Positions 26,179-40,332 of a DNA stretch of 64,000 nucleotides are shown in pieces. The DNA lies in assembly GCA_964016885.1 (NCBI GenBank), contig OZ024746.1, positions 75,702,001-75,766,000 of the forward strand. The letters are read 5' to 3'. Made by a program: the position numbers and the translations under genes. Positions within the stretch are counted from its first letter, which is position 1, and every line of letters begins with the position of its first letter. A model generated the notes under the pieces. That model was not told where the DNA came from and ran no database searches. It saw only the letters and a program-made list of their open reading frames with translations. The DNA comes from Eledone cirrhosa (lineage: Eukaryota).

Positions 26179-27571
26179 CTATTTCACTGTTTCTATTGCA
26201 TATATACAAAAATGTAAAAGTGGAGAAGTAGTTTTTAAAAATCGACACTAAAGTGAAACTTTATTCGTTTCAGCAATTTAGAAAAGCCAAGTTTGTTTTT
26301 TACATTATTCATTATCATTGGTTTCACGTTTTAATTACTCTTATATACTCATATACATGTCGAATTTTTTAGGTTAAATTTATGGTGTACTTTCAAAGGG
26401 CTGAAGTTTACAATATAACTTAAAATACTGTATCAGTAAGTAGAAGCCCAAAAGGACAAATGATTTTTTTTTTTTTTTTTAATGAATTACACCGATGTTT
26501 GCATGCCTCGACACAAATAAAACCACATAGATCTTAATAGTGTAGAAAAATTCATGTCCTCATCGTAACATTTATGTTCGGGATAGTACTTTGATTCATG
26601 AACGTTGATCTGTTCTTTTTGTAAAACTACGTTCGAATTTTACACGAGTATATACGATACTCTATCTTTCTCTAAATTGGTTTATAAATGTAATGCTATT
26701 TGCAAAAGGCTTGTTGCTAATTGTAGCTCTCCACATGTGTTAATGTAGTTACAAATAAATTACAATATTGCTCATCTAACTGTCGTCCTAGTTTTCATTC
26801 AATTTTTTTATGGCAAACACCGATCGCTCCTCAATAATGTGTATGAATGAACACTTGGATCAGCGCATTTAAGTCACAATTTCTTGTGTAAACAACATTT
26901 CATTTCCAAAGATCATCAGGTAGTTGTATAAAAAGTACATTTCGTTGTTTCCAATTCAGTGTTTTCACTTAACGCCTGAAAATTTAACTTTACTTTAAAT
27001 TCGAAAATAAGATTTAATAACGCACATCAAATGCTAGTCAAAAGCCTACTCTTTCAACCCTCCATTATTCTAGCTCTTATTAGTGGATGTTTAGTCTAAA
27101 ACGAAACTTCACTTCACTATATAATATAAACAAGTGAAATAATAAGCATGTACTGCTGTATTGAAATTTTAGTGTGTTTTAATGTTTCTTTAAAGAATAG
27201 TTGTTATTTACATATGAAGTGATAATTACTAATTAGTTCCAGAAAGTTGTCAAAATAAATGAAACGTTATAATCAACTGGTCTTTAACTGTGAGATATTG
27301 TTGAAATATATAATTCATTACACAACATATTTATATTTAATATCTAATATCTTTTATTATTTTATTTTATTCCAGGGTATGTTTCTGTTTGAAAAAGAAT
27401 TTTCTATAGAAGATGCTGTAAGCGTTGAAAGAATTATATTTACTTGCAAATGTCTTCGTAGAAAGTCTAAAGATTGTCTCAAGCTTGGAGGCTGATTAGG
27501 CCAATACTTGTCCTGGTTTCCTTGGTATTGGGTAATTAAGAATACAAGATTAAAATTATAAATTTCAGAAA

Positions 27572-29173
27572 ATGGGTAAACATAAATGTGATATTTGTGG
27601 AAAAATATTTCTTAAAAATTGTAAACTCCTTACTCATAAGCAGACTCATACAGGAGAAAAACCTTACCACTGTGAAATATGTGAAAAAAAATGTTCTACA
27701 AAAGGTAATTTAACGGTACACCAACGTACACACACTGGAGAGAAACCATACAACTGTGAGATATGTGGGAAAAAATACACTACAAAACATTCTCTAAGAG
27801 AACACAAAAGTTCTCACACTGAAAATTCATACTGCTGTGAAATATGTGGAAAAGTTCTCTCTTCAAAAAGATGTTTGAGGATACACAAACGTACACACAC
27901 AGGAGAAAGACCCTACTACTGTGAAATCTGTGGGAAATCATATACTGTAAAATCTTCTGTAATAATACACAAACGTACACACACTGGAGAAAAACTGCAC
28001 CACTGTGAAATATGTGGCAAAGCATGTTTTTCCGAATCTGTTTTAAAGGTACACAAACGTACTCACACTGGAGAAAAACCTCATCAATGTGAAATCTGTG
28101 GGAAAGCATTTTCTCTCCTTTGTAATTTAAAAAAACATAAATATACTCATACTGGAGAAAAGCCATACAAGTGCAATGATTGTGGTAAAGCTTTTTCTAA
28201 TATGACTGACTGTAAACATCATAGAGGTGTGCACACAAAACCATACAACTGTGAAATATGTGGGAATGTATTTTCTATAAAGGCTTCTTTAACAATACAC
28301 AAACGTACACATACTGGGGAGAAACCATTCCACTGTGATATATGTGAAAAAGCATTTACTGCAAGCGATGGTTTACGGAAACACAAACGAACTCACACTG
28401 GAGAGAAACCATATCACTGTGAAATCTGTGGCAAATCCTTTACTCAACCTGGTAATTTAACAAGACATAAACTTGTTCACATTGGGAAAAAAACATACAA
28501 GTGTGATGATTGTGGGAGATCTTTTTTTTATCAGAGTGAGTTACAATTCCACAAGGGTGTGCACACAAAACCATACGACTGTGAAATATGTGGAAAAGTA
28601 TTTGCTGTTAAATCTTCTTTGACAGTACACAAACGTACTCACACTGGAGAGAAACCATACCACTGTGAAATATGTGGGATACAATGTTTAAGCAGTGGCA
28701 GTTTACTAAGGCATAAACGTGTTCACACTGGGGAAAAACGACATCGCTGTGAAATATGTGGGAGAGCGTTTCCTGAAAAGTATGTTTTAACATTACATAA
28801 ACGTATTCACACTGGAGAAACTCCATATCACTGTGAGGTTTGTGACAAGAGATTTACAGATAAAAGTAGCTTAAGAGTACATGATCGTCTCCACACTGGG
28901 GAAAGACCACACCACTGTGAAATCTGTGGCAAATCATTTTCTCAAAATGGTACTTTAACAAGACACAAACGTACTCACACTGGAGAGAAACCATATAACT
29001 GTGAAATATGTGGGAAAATCTTTTCACATGCAACCACCTTAAAACAACATATACTTATTCACACACAAGAAAAACAATACAGCTGTGGTATTTGTGGGAA
29101 ATCATTTATCTGTAGAGGTTATTTATCTAAGCATAAACGTAAAGTTCATGATGGAAAGAAACCTTATCCCTGA
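27572..29173 (+). CDS. C2H2 zinc-finger array protein D (19 fingers), close paralogue of C
   Basis: 533-aa intact ORF colinear with C; acceptor TTCCAG ending 27375. Confidence 0.94.
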   Translation: MGKHKCDICGKIFLKNCKLLTHKQTHTGEKPYHCEICEKKCSTKGNLTVHQRTHTGEKPYNCEICGKKYTTKHSLREHKSSHTENSYCCEICGKVLSSKRCLRIHKRTHTGERPYYCEICGKSYTVKSSVIIHKRTHTGEKLHHCEICGKACFSESVLKVHKRTHTGEKPHQCEICGKAFSLLCNLKKHKYTHTGEKPYKCNDCGKAFSNMTDCKHHRGVHTKPYNCEICGNVFSIKASLTIHKRTHTGEKPFHCDICEKAFTASDGLRKHKRTHTGEKPYHCEICGKSFTQPGNLTRHKLVHIGKKTYKCDDCGRSFFYQSELQFHKGVHTKPYDCEICGKVFAVKSSLTVHKRTHTGEKPYHCEICGIQCLSSGSLLRHKRVHTGEKRHRCEICGRAFPEKYVLTLHKRIHTGETPYHCEVCDKRFTDKSSLRVHDRLHTGERPHHCEICGKSFSQNGTLTRHKRTHTGEKPYNCEICGKIFSHATTLKQHILIHTQEKQYSCGICGKSFICRGYLSKHKRKVHDGKKPYP

Positions 29174-29449
29174 TTTTTGTGGAAAAGCCTGTTCTGGAAA
29201 CTGTCACTTATCTACACAGAAACTTATTCATACTTAAGGGGAAAAGCACATCTGTGATGTGTGTGATAAAGACTTTACAATTGTGAGTTTGTTAAAATAA
29301 AAAAAAAATATTCATTAATGTTTAAAAACTTCCTTTTTGGAAATTGTAAATAATTTTCTAAGTAGAGTTACTTATTAGGTCATCTAACAAAATGCCTTTT
29401 GACACAAAACATTTTCTTTTAATAGTACATTGGATAACAAATATTTACC

Positions 29450-30065
29450 ATCCAAGAATAGAAATAGGGCCAACTATTAGAATGTTGGATTAAGTTATGA
29501 AAGTTACAGAGAGTTATTGCACAATTTATCAAAAGTAGAATTAATATAGATGAGATGCAGTTTAGATTTGTGCCATTGAAAGTCACTACTGATGCCATTT
29601 TCCTAGTAAAACACTAGTACTTAGCTAGGAGTAAGCCCTTATACTTATTTTGACCGAGTTCCTGCTCTGCAATCTGGTAGTCACTAAGTGTTGTAAATGT
29701 CACCTAAATAGGTGCACTTAGCAATGAGTTTGCCAATGAATTTAGTGTGCTGGTAGGGGTACATCATGGCTCAATTCTCTGATCCTTCCTGTTTACTATA
29801 GTCATCCAGGCCATAAGAAAGAGGTTTATGGCAGGCTGTTCATGGGTACTCCTATTATATATTGATGACCTAGTTCTTATGACAGAATCTATAGAAGAAT
29901 TTTCAAATAAAGCAAAGCCGGGAATCAAAGGAGACCTCAAAGTAAACTTAGCAAAGACTGTTTAGTAAGTAGGAAAATAACCTTGTTCAGTATATGAGAA
30001 AGTAGGGAGAAACTTTATATGCTGTATTCTGTGTATAGAATAAATGCACAGGTGGTATAGTTGGA
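29450..30065 (+). mobile_element. Highly decayed RTE LINE RT fragment
   Basis: IDEMQFRFVP..STTDAIF and CSWVLL..DDLVL remnants homologous to 41460-42080. Confidence 0.65.
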
Positions 30066-31929
30066 TCACATGCAACATTCCCTACCTCTCACCATTTCTT
30101 CTGAATCTCGTTTAATTCGGTCACTAATGATTAAGTAATATAAAATCTATAAATGATTCATTACCATTTTATGTCTGCTTTCCATGGACCATTTATAGCA
30201 TATTAGAAATGAAATTTTATATTAACTGAAACTTCATTACATATCAGACATAATACTGTGCTATGGTAGGAAAATTCACAACAGACAAGTTGGTATCTAT
30301 AGTTTGAAAGTTTAGCATGTTAATTACAAACTGTGGAGTGTTTTCAGCTAACAAAACACATGAAGTGTCTGAACAAGACAATTACCTGTTTCTCTGCTAA
30401 AAATATACCTACACCACCAGAAGAATTTGTCTAGTTGAGGCTCCCTTCCATCATACATTTTGCATGCGTCCACTCAACTCCATCCTAGCATCTCCACAAT
30501 CCCTTCTGATTTACATTTCATGAAACTGATATTGATGTACATAGGTTGGTCTCTGTATTTTACATGTGAATTTTTTTTTTTTTTTTTTGTGGTAATCATT
30601 TTCATGGGGTTCTTACGGATGATGAGTTCTTTCTTCCATTAATTGGTTAGCTATTTACTCCTTCACCAAAAATAACAGCTAAGGACATAAACAGTAACGG
30701 AAACACACATACATACGTATATACAATGGGCTTCTCCACACAAGCCCATTGTATATACGTATGTATGTGTATGTGTATGTGCATCCATAAAAAGACAGAC
30801 ATACATCGAGCTATATCCTTCATCTTTTTGTTTGTTTTTCGATGCTTGCATGGGTTGGATGTACATATACATATAGGTATGTATATATAGACAGATCATT
30901 ATGACCCTTCTGTTGCTGTTATTTGGTTGGCATCCAATAGAAATTAAGCTATGGTCTCTCAACTTGCCTAGTCTTAGACTGTGACAACCTCCCCAAGATA
31001 CCAACAAGGAAAGTAGATATAAAATGATAGCAATATATACAAAACCAGCTTCCTTCTACCAAATTTCACTCGGGAGATACTGGTCTGTCTGAGGCTGTAG
31101 CAGACACTTGCCTAAAATGCCATGTTGTGGTACTGTACCTAAAACCTCATGGTTGCAAAGTGAACAGCTTCACTGTGCAACCGTACTTGCACCATTAAAC
31201 ATGGACCACATCAATTTGCACATTCTTTTGTTTCAGTCATCAGACTGCAGCCATGCTATGGCAATGTCTTGAAGGATTTTAATTCATCATATCGAACCTG
31301 ATAGATGTTTTCATCATTTACCACCTGCTTTCCCTGCTAGCAAGGCTTGGACAGGTCTATATAAACCAAGTCAGTGCTGAAGGGGGGCTACAGATTCTCC
31401 AGACAGGCTGGGCAGGGGTCTGCGTCTCACATTCTACCGAGTGTTCAAGAGAGGTTGTCATGTTATTGGCACAACTGAAAAGTCTTCCCAACCCTTTGTT
31501 TGGCAAGCTTTCTATAGTTAGATGCTCTTCCTATCACCAACCACTTTACAGCATGGACTGGGTGTGTTTATCATGTAAATCACCAACACTAGAAAGGATG
31601 TTATGTCCTTGATACAACTGAAGGATCCCCCCCAACACTTCGGTGAGTTTTCTATGGCTGGATGCCCTTCCTGTCAACCACCACCTGACAGGGTGCACCA
31701 GGTGCATTTTCGTAGCACCAACGTTAGAGAGGCTGTTGGTCCTTATCTCAAGTTGTGACAAGTGTCGTGTGATGAGAGATAAAGAGAATAGCTACTAGAG
31801 GATGCATGAATATGGGGGTGTAATTATAGTGTGTATAGCTGCTAGTGGAAGGGGAGTCACAGGAATAAGTCAAGTCACATTGTATGCTGTTGGCCGTGTC
31901 TTCACCAGCACAACATAGACCCAACCCTC

Positions 31930-32385
31930 AGTCTTTGTCATCTCTGTTATGAGGTTTAATTTTTAAGGTCGGTCTTCACAACCTCATCCCAAGTCTTCTC
32001 AGGTCTGCCTCGCCCATGGGTCACAGTCACTTGAGTTTCTCTGTATTTTTTTATACAGCTGCTATCTTCCATACACCTCACATGTCCATACCAATGCAGT
32101 CTTCTCTCTCTTGCACACCACATCCAATTCCTTTTATACCAAGTTTTTTCCTTAGTTTGCTTATATGTTGTTCATGCACACTAACATTACACATCCATCA
32201 GAACATACTCAATTTGTTTATTTTGAGTCTCTACAGGTCTTCTGTGGTTGAAGCCCATGTTTCACTGCCATGTAATATTGCAGTTTGCACACAGGCATCA
32301 TACAATCTACTCTTCACTCAGAAAGAAAAGCCCTTTGTTGTCAGTAGAGGTAATAGCTCTTTAAACTTCTTCCAGCCTGTTTTTG
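31930..32385 (-). mobile_element. Decayed RTE LINE 3' fragment
   Basis: RC encodes LYDACV..LHGSETWA..WYGH..GRPEKTW. Confidence 0.7.
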
Positions 32386-32459
32386 TAGAACTGAAGTTAT
32401 GAAACATAAACAAACAATAAATCTAAATGTAGATTTGGACACACATACATGACTGCCTT

Positions 32460-32590
32460 TTACAGCTTCTGTCTATCAAATTTCACTGATAAAGCATTAG
32501 AAATCTTACTCAGAGTGCCACACAGTGGGACTGAATCTGAAACCACTTGGTTACAATGGAAACTCCTTAACCACAAAGCCATGCTTGCAA
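32460..32590 (-). mobile_element. tRNA-derived SINE head (related copy at ~31046-31192)
   Basis: RC: GCATGGCTTTGTGGTTAAG...GGTTTCAGATTCAGTCCCACTGTGTGGCAC. Confidence 0.5.
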
Positions 32591-33309
32591 TTACATATAT
32601 GTTCACATTAAAGGATAACCACATCAACCTAACTAGAACATGGACTATATCAACCAATACATGTTAACATCAACTTCACAAGTCCAAAAAGGTCATGGGT
32701 GCTGATTTTTTTCCTCTCAATCTCTTATCTTTCAAAAATGAGAAAAGGAGACAACATGAATCATATGAAGAAATGTGATGCAGTACAGCTATTAAAGACA
32801 TCACCAATGGAGAATACCGATATCTGAGGAATACATGTGAAGCAGGTTGTCAGATTTTAGATTTAAAACTACTTATTAAAAGGAATAATTTTTTGCTAAA
32901 ACATTGTTGACATTAATAAAGAAACAAGATTACAGAGACAACAAAAGTTAGAATATTTATTATTTTGTACAGAACATAGATTATTTAACTCAACAATGTA
33001 GAGACATAAATACAAGTGTGTCAGTGAGAGATTATACCAACCTTACAAGCCATAGCAAAAATAAGATCTAGGCCTCAGTTTAAAGATAAAAAGAACAGCA
33101 ATAATTGCTTAAAATTGATTTATTCATGTAGTAGCTGATGTTTTGTGTCATCATGTAATAAGTACTTTTTTATAAAAAATAATTTACCACAGAAAAAATC
33201 CTTTTTACATATGAAGTCCATTTTACACTCTCACATATATAAATCATTTACCACAAACATCACAGCTTCAGAATGTTGCAAATTTTAGAAAATGCCTTCC
33301 ACACAAAAC

Positions 33310-34329
33310 TCAGTAGTAATATTTACCTCTATCATGAAACGCACGTTTATGATTAGATATATAAACACGACGAGTAAATCTCTTCCCACAAATATCACAG
33401 CTATATGGTTTTTCCCCCGTGTGAGTACAATAATGTACTATTAAACTGCTCTTATCTGAGAATGTTTTCCCACAAATTTCACAGTGGTGTGGTTTTTCCC
33501 CAGTATGAACACGATTGTGTCGTGCTAAGTTGCCACTCAATGAGAATTCTTTCCCACATATTTCACAGTGATATGGTTTCTCTCCAGTGTGAGTACGTTT
33601 ATGTTTTCTCAAGTCATAAAGAATTGAAAATTCTTTCCCACAAATTTCACAATAGTGTGGTTTCTCCCCAGTGTGCACACGTTTGTGTCTTTGAATTTGA
33701 CTGGTATTAGAAAAAGATTTGCCACAATAATCACACATGTACTTGTGAATATGTTTATGCCTTCTTAATTGACTTGATTGAGAAAATGATTTATCACATA
33801 TTTCACAATGATATGGTTTCTCTCCAGTGTGAGTATGCTTGTGTATCTTTATATATCCCTTATTAGAAAATGCTTTCCCACAGATTTCACAGTGGTGTGG
33901 TTTTTCTCCAGTATGGACACGTTTATGTCTTCTTAATTGGTCACTACTTTGAAATGCTTTCCCACAAATTTCACAATTGTATGGTCTTTCTCCAGTGTGA
34001 ATATATTTATGTCTTATTAAATGACTCATTTGAGAAAATGCAGTCCCACATATTTCACACTTGTGTGGTTTCTCTCCAGTATGAGTAAGTTTATGACGTC
34101 TTAAATTGGAGATTTTATAAAATGTTTTCTCGCATATGTCACAGTGGTATGGTTTTACTCCAGTGTGGGTACGTTTATGTCCAGTTAAAATACGTTTTGT
34201 AGAAAATGTTTTCCCACATATTTCACATTGGTATGGCTTTTCTGCAGCATGAATATGCATATGAACAGATAATTTACATTTTGTAGTAAGTATTTTCCCA
34301 CAAAAATCACATTGATAATGTTTACCCAT
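33310..34329 (-). CDS. C2H2 zinc-finger array protein E (12 fingers)
   Basis: 339-aa intact ORF; homologous acceptor near 34490. Confidence 0.92.
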   Translation of the reverse strand: MGKHYQCDFCGKILTTKCKLSVHMHIHAAEKPYQCEICGKTFSTKRILTGHKRTHTGVKPYHCDICEKTFYKISNLRRHKLTHTGEKPHKCEICGTAFSQMSHLIRHKYIHTGERPYNCEICGKAFQSSDQLRRHKRVHTGEKPHHCEICGKAFSNKGYIKIHKHTHTGEKPYHCEICDKSFSQSSQLRRHKHIHKYMCDYCGKSFSNTSQIQRHKRVHTGEKPHYCEICGKEFSILYDLRKHKRTHTGEKPYHCEICGKEFSLSGNLARHNRVHTGEKPHHCEICGKTFSDKSSLIVHYCTHTGEKPYSCDICGKRFTRRVYISNHKRAFHDRGKYYY

Positions 34330-35569
34330 TTCTGAAATATTCTTTCAACAATGAAACTTTAAATTTAAAATTTTACATGTTTACTCTTTTTTTATGAAGA
34401 TATTTGCAAGTAAAAATATCTCTCTCTCAACATTGTTGATGTTGACTTACACATCTTCTACTGAAAATTCTCCTTCAAACAGAAATGTCCTGAAATAAAA
34501 TAAAATATTAGATTACAGTTACTAGCGATTATTTAATGCAAAATATTTAACTGTTTATATTGTGTAATAGAAAAAATAGTGTTGTTTTTCTTATTTTTTT
34601 CTTATTAACTGGTGCTTTGTGACATATCGGACATAATATATAGGATGGAGTCAACATAATGGAAAGAATGCATCACACAGTAGTCATTCAATTTAAGGTG
34701 ACAGACACTAATAGTAATCTCCATTAAAAACAACCAGCAACATTCGGTAATAATTGTGAAATGAAAAACGAAAACAAAAATGATTGAAATCGAGTGATAT
34801 AATATCAAAGAAAATGAATAAAAAAAAGAAATTACGAGGCAGTAATGTCTAATATATTTCAAAAAGTGCATTACATTATTATGTTCATGACCAGTGTCGG
34901 CAAAATTCGTCAATTACACCAGCAAAAATCGCTGGAAGTATATGAGATCTTAAATCGAAAGATTACTGATCAACGACGATTTTTGTGTCAACAAACTAGT
35001 TGACATTACATAAACATAAATGACAAACAATAGTATACTGAAGAAAAGAATTATAGAGGAGGGGGTTAGTTAACCTTTTGTTTATGATCAATACTGGTGA
35101 CTTATGGATGAGGTCCACAACTTCATTGCTGTTATGTTAAAGTTGATGTATGTAGTAGTATCGAAGTATCAACGTAGCAAGCCCCTCGGTTCCGGGAGCC
35201 TTCGTGGATTTTGGTGTTGATTGAACGTTAGACAGTTCGCTCGCCACACTAAGATCAACTTAATATAACTAGCCCTCAGCCAGTAAAATAACGCAAGGTC
35301 GATGAGAAGAGGCCCAGTAGGCTTTTCCTTTGTACTTGGGCCGGCGTTAGATGGACGCCACTGTCAAACGACTCTCCATTTCATTTCAAATTATGCCTCT
35401 TTCTGTTAGGTATAGAAAACGACAGCATCAGCAATTAAAAAAAAACAATGGAAACTAAATTTCCTTGGTCCGATCTGATCGGCTCCTTTCCCTTTTTATT
35501 ACAATATTCTCTTGGCTGCATGATTAAATGGTTTCAATTTTTATTCAATAGTTGTAGTAGCCACAGCGA

Positions 35570-36400
35570 CTCTTTCAATTTATCTAACATCCTCGACGCT
35601 GCAGTGGAGGTTGGGGCAACTCCAACCGTAGCCGAACAGAACAAATTGCTAAAATACCGTGATTTAAAACTACATTTTTTAGATATGTGACATTCCAGAG
35701 GTTCAAGGAAAATAGGACGTTGACAACGTGGTCCCTATCAGCGTTGTCGGTGTATCTTACTAAAGTACCAAATGATCGTGAGCATGCTTGGCTGTTCTAG
35801 AGCTTTTGCTTCGCTATCACAGGTGATAATGCCATGTTATCAATTGCCTAAAATAATTTGTTGAGGCAAGTGCCAAGTTCCTCGCTATGGAGTGTACATG
35901 TCTTTTTTACTCATTTATGTTGTTGTCCAATTTCTTCTGAATATTCCACACTTTTGTAAATTGTTAATTAAATTGACTGATAGCATAAATGAATGCATAC
36001 ATGTGTTAATGTTGTGGTTGTGTGTGTACCGACATATGTAGCTATCAACAACCTATACCATCAAGTCTGGGAGAACGCTCTGTGGCGTGTAAAACCAAAG
36101 ACGCAAGTCGCCCCATGGTCCTAGAAGACAGAAAGGAGAAAGCGTCATCCTGGTGGAGAGCGAGGTAGACACTTGTAAATAGTCATTCCAACACGCGGGA
36201 GTCATTAATACAGGTGGCCAACTCCGCCTTAATAGCAGTGAATAAGGAGATTGTTCGTAGACTAAGAACGCCAGACGTCTCGGCCATTACAAGTTCAAAG
36301 ATAAACCTATTGGAACAGCTTGTCGAGCAACGTAACTTAGGTCTAACGCTGAATGCATCAGGTTGCCGCGTTCCAGTATATTGTATCGGTCCATTTTAAA
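35570..36400. mobile_element. Two CRE/HERO-like fragments in opposite orientations in the intron of gene E
   Basis: Plus 35570-35860: DSF..ILDAA..AEQNKLLKYRDL and WLF..AITGDNA; minus 36060-36400: RT-distal remnant resembling 14100-14450. Confidence 0.55.
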
Positions 36401-36422
36401 CAAAAAACAACTATCATCTCAC

Positions 36423-36540
36423 CTCAATATATTCTTCTTTATTGTGAATGATCTACAGTTAACATCCACATTATATATAAATACAGTAGGTGGGTCACTG
36501 CTCAGAGCTTCCCGCTCTTCGATAATACCAAGATGTAAAT
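36423..36540 (-). other. Candidate 5' non-coding exon of gene E
   Basis: Donor GAG/GTGAGATG at 36422; shares ATGATCTAC(A/T)GTTAA with the A exon. Confidence 0.5.
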
Positions 36541-39465
36541 ATACATGTGGGTAGACGTGTTCTTAACTTTGAGAAAAGATTTCTGTTCAAAGGGAAATCA
36601 CTCCTAATTACATAAAGCATTAACAGTCTTGAATTTTCAGAGAACATATTTAACGCCTTTATAGTGGTTGACCATTGACATAATATATCACACGATTTTT
36701 GTACATGTATATTTGGAATTATTTCGGTTTGGCTGTACCACTTCGGTTAAACAGCGAACTGAAGTATACGATAATGAAAATATTTTTTAAAAAATTAATA
36801 ATAAAAAGGTGTGGATAGATTCTACACTCTTGGTTGTGCAGTACATCTCAGCTGCGTCCAACAGGAAATAGACAGCAACACCTGCTGAATCAGCTATTCC
36901 ACCTTATGAAGCTCTTTTCTTAAGTGAGGCGCATTCCTCCTGATCTTGCAACAGAAAACGGCAGTCTGGAGACTGAAGATACCAAAGATCTTAACAGGGA
37001 CCAACAGAAAAAGAAAGCAGTCAGTCAAAGATCGATATTTGGTTATCCTCCAAGTTCCAAGCATCAATGCCCATGTGATGTGTATGGCATTAGAGAATAA
37101 AGAATTCCTGGCTAATATCTATATAGAGCAAATCTCCATATTTCCATCTTAAATTTAGGGCGATCCTTTGTCTTGGATAGATGCATGTCTTTAAACCTCT
37201 ATTATTGTTTAAAAAGTTGGAGATGGTATTTAATGATGATAAAAAATAGGGGGGGGGGGGTAACAAAAACGATAAATACAATAGTAAAAATATATAAAGA
37301 TATGTACCTGATTTTTTTAATGCTACAAACATGCACAACTTCCAGTGCACCTCCCCAAAATGGAGAGTCACCAAATTTAGTGATCCATAAACCTCATAGC
37401 AAGGTTTAAAATCAGACTGGTAGGTGGGCAATATCACGTAAATTCAGTAACCTTATATAATTGTTCTCATTAACCAATGTTCATGTGTTTTATAAAATAC
37501 AGGAGAAATTACCAAACAATTTCAATTTACATTCAATTAAAATCTATTATAATAAATCATGTACAATTCAGTTTCATCTTGTTGCCCAATTATATATGAA
37601 AATTCCTAACAGTTGGTGTTTGACAATGGTGACATCAAAAACTGTTTTTCAGTATCTGTAATAAATGTTTATGTCAATTCAACGTTTGTGTACCCTTTTT
37701 TTTTCAATAATGTATTGTAAAAATTCCTGGACCATATGATCTAAATTTCTAATTCTTGCCGTTTTTTAAGGTTATAATCTTTTTTATGACACATTATATA
37801 ATTTACTCTTACATAAATATGTATCTACATTGTTCTTGCCTCATAAGTTATTGAGTTAAATATTCTCATCTGATTTATTTAAAATCTATATTTATTTATA
37901 AGTTTAAAGAGCTATTCTACCCTACCCTCTCTCTCCCTTATTAGATAGCATTTTACATGTTTTCCATAACATGTGTTGCATAGGTCAGCACAGTCTGAGT
38001 TTGTTATTTAGAGGTATAGACATTCTAGATGAACCAGGGATTATGACTCATATATTGCACTATATACTTTTTTAGGGGTTGTGAAAGATGTAAATAGCTT
38101 TTGATGGAGTTCTCAACGAAGATCAAAACCCAGGACAGGCTGTCCATCTATAGAGAAATGATTGAATAAGATGTTTCCACAAATATTTCTCGTAGCTTTG
38201 GGTAAAACCCTTACTGTTTATGTAGATATGAATCTATAGTATACTTCAGCTGCTTAGTGCATAATTTAAAGTGTGTGTGTGTATATATATATATATAGTA
38301 TTAATATATAGGGGAACAAAGAACCTATATATATATGTGTGTGTGTATATATATATATAAACATACATACATCCCTTAAAATACATTCCTAACAAATGTC
38401 ACATCAACATCACTTTTCCCCAGGATCTAATAAGATATTTATAAGTTGATAAGTAGCAAATTTGAAAAACAACCTTTCCCACAAATTTCAAAATAGATTT
38501 GTTTTACTGTGTGTATGCATTTGTTTTGAGTAACCATAAACAAAAATAATAAAGATGTGGATGTATTTACCAGTTGACACTATTATGTTGATCGAGTTCA
38601 GCACATATGTTGTGGATAATGTTAGGGAAATCATGTAAATCAGAAAACAGTTTAATGTTTATGAATAACACAATGTAAGTGTTCTGGTGAACTTTGTATT
38701 CTTGTAATTACTACAGTGGTTGTACTGAAACATGTGTTTAATACAAACAAACCAACAAGCATGTTAAAGCCATTTTCCCTGCTAAAACTGTTTTACAGTC
38801 AGATGCCTTTTAGTTGTCTCCTATGACACACAGGGATACAGTGTCTTTATTCTAAACTGAATACACACACAGACACATATCTATGCATGCAACTATGTAT
38901 ACCTCTATATGTGTTTTAATGACAATAACTGTCACCTATTTTGAGGTTAGCTGAAAATGATTTCTTGGCTAACAGAAATGTACAGTAAATCTGAAATGAC
39001 AGAATAAGACTTATCTGAGAAGTATATATGTGCATATGTACAGTGTGTATACTGGAGTGTTAATACATGTGAATTGTTATAAAAATTTAACTATTTACAT
39101 CATATACTTATGTGTAAACATCCATCAGTGCATGTATACTGGTATGTGTATGAGTATACAAGTATATACTGATAATAATTCTGCTATTTACAATCAGAAA
39201 CTAACTGAATATTGATGGAGTTGGTTTCTCTGGTTAGGAAGTAGAAAAACACTAATCGCTGGTGAAATTAATTACTTCTAATCAGTTGGTGATTAAAACA
39301 AATCTCACCTACCCAATTTGTAACAAAATGAAATAAGTGATCTTATTATCTAATGAAACAGACAATAAAATGTGAGCTAGCATATATTGTGCACAATAAA
39401 GTTCAACTTAACATGAAATAATTGACAAAATAAATACTTTCAAATAAATTTCAATATGGTTCTTA

Positions 39466-40332
39466 ACCTGTATGAATACGTTTAATAACTTACAAATTTT
39501 ACAATGATACTGTTTTAAGTACATACTTTTGTATTTTTGAAAGACACCTGCATTAGAAAAAGTGTTTACATTAACTTAACATTGGTATGGTTTTTTTCCC
39601 CAGTATGAGTACGTTTATGCACCTTTAAGCCAAAATTTCGAGAAAATGCTTTCCCACATATATCACAATGGTATGGTTTCTCCCCAGTGTGTGTACGTAT
39701 ATGATTTGTTAAATAATTTTTTTTAGAAAATGCTTGTCCACATATTTCACAGTGGTATGGCTTTTCACCAGTGTGTATACGTTTATGATTTGTTAAATCA
39801 TTTTTTTGAGAAAATGCTTTACCACATATTTCACAGTGGTGTGGTTTTTCCTCAGTGTGAGTACGTTTGTGTCTTATTAAATTGGCAAACTCTTTCCCAC
39901 AGATATCACAGTGATCTGGTTTTTTGACATTGTGAATACGCCTATGTTTTGTCAAAAGATCATTTCGTGAAAATGCTTTACCACACATTTCACAGTGATA
40001 TAGTGTTTCTCCAGTGTGTATATGATAATGTCTTATTAAATGGTAATTAAGTGAAAATGATTTCCCACATATTTCACAGTGGTGTGATTTTTCTCTAGTG
40101 TGAGTACGTTTGTGCAATGTTAAAAACTGTTTCACATAAAATACTTTCCCACATATCTCACAGTTATGTAGTTTCTCTCTAGTGTGAATACGTTTGTGTC
40201 TTATTAAATAGTTTTCTACAGAAAATGGTTTCCCACATATTTCACAATGATATGTTTTTATCCTTGTATCATTACACCTATACATCATGTAGTATTTTCT
40301 CACAAATGTCACAATTGTAACGTTTTCCCACT
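39466..40332 (-). pseudogene. Decayed C2H2 zinc-finger gene F (8 fingers still open)
   Basis: Family start context TTTCAG-(A)nATG reads TTCTCAG-A-GTG; first finger (GKRYNCDICEK) out of frame; 3-aa deletion in finger 5; frameshift at the C-terminus followed by decayed fingers. Confidence 0.75.

Noticed and set aside
26880-26925. CTGATGA...GAAA on the minus strand (also ~61440-61460)
   Set aside because: No convincing stems I and II; not called a hammerhead
27259-27495. 78-aa ORF upstream of gene D as a separate gene
   Set aside because: Spans intron and acceptor; paralogous leaders have stops and indels; only the 42-nt part is kept as a candidate micro-exon
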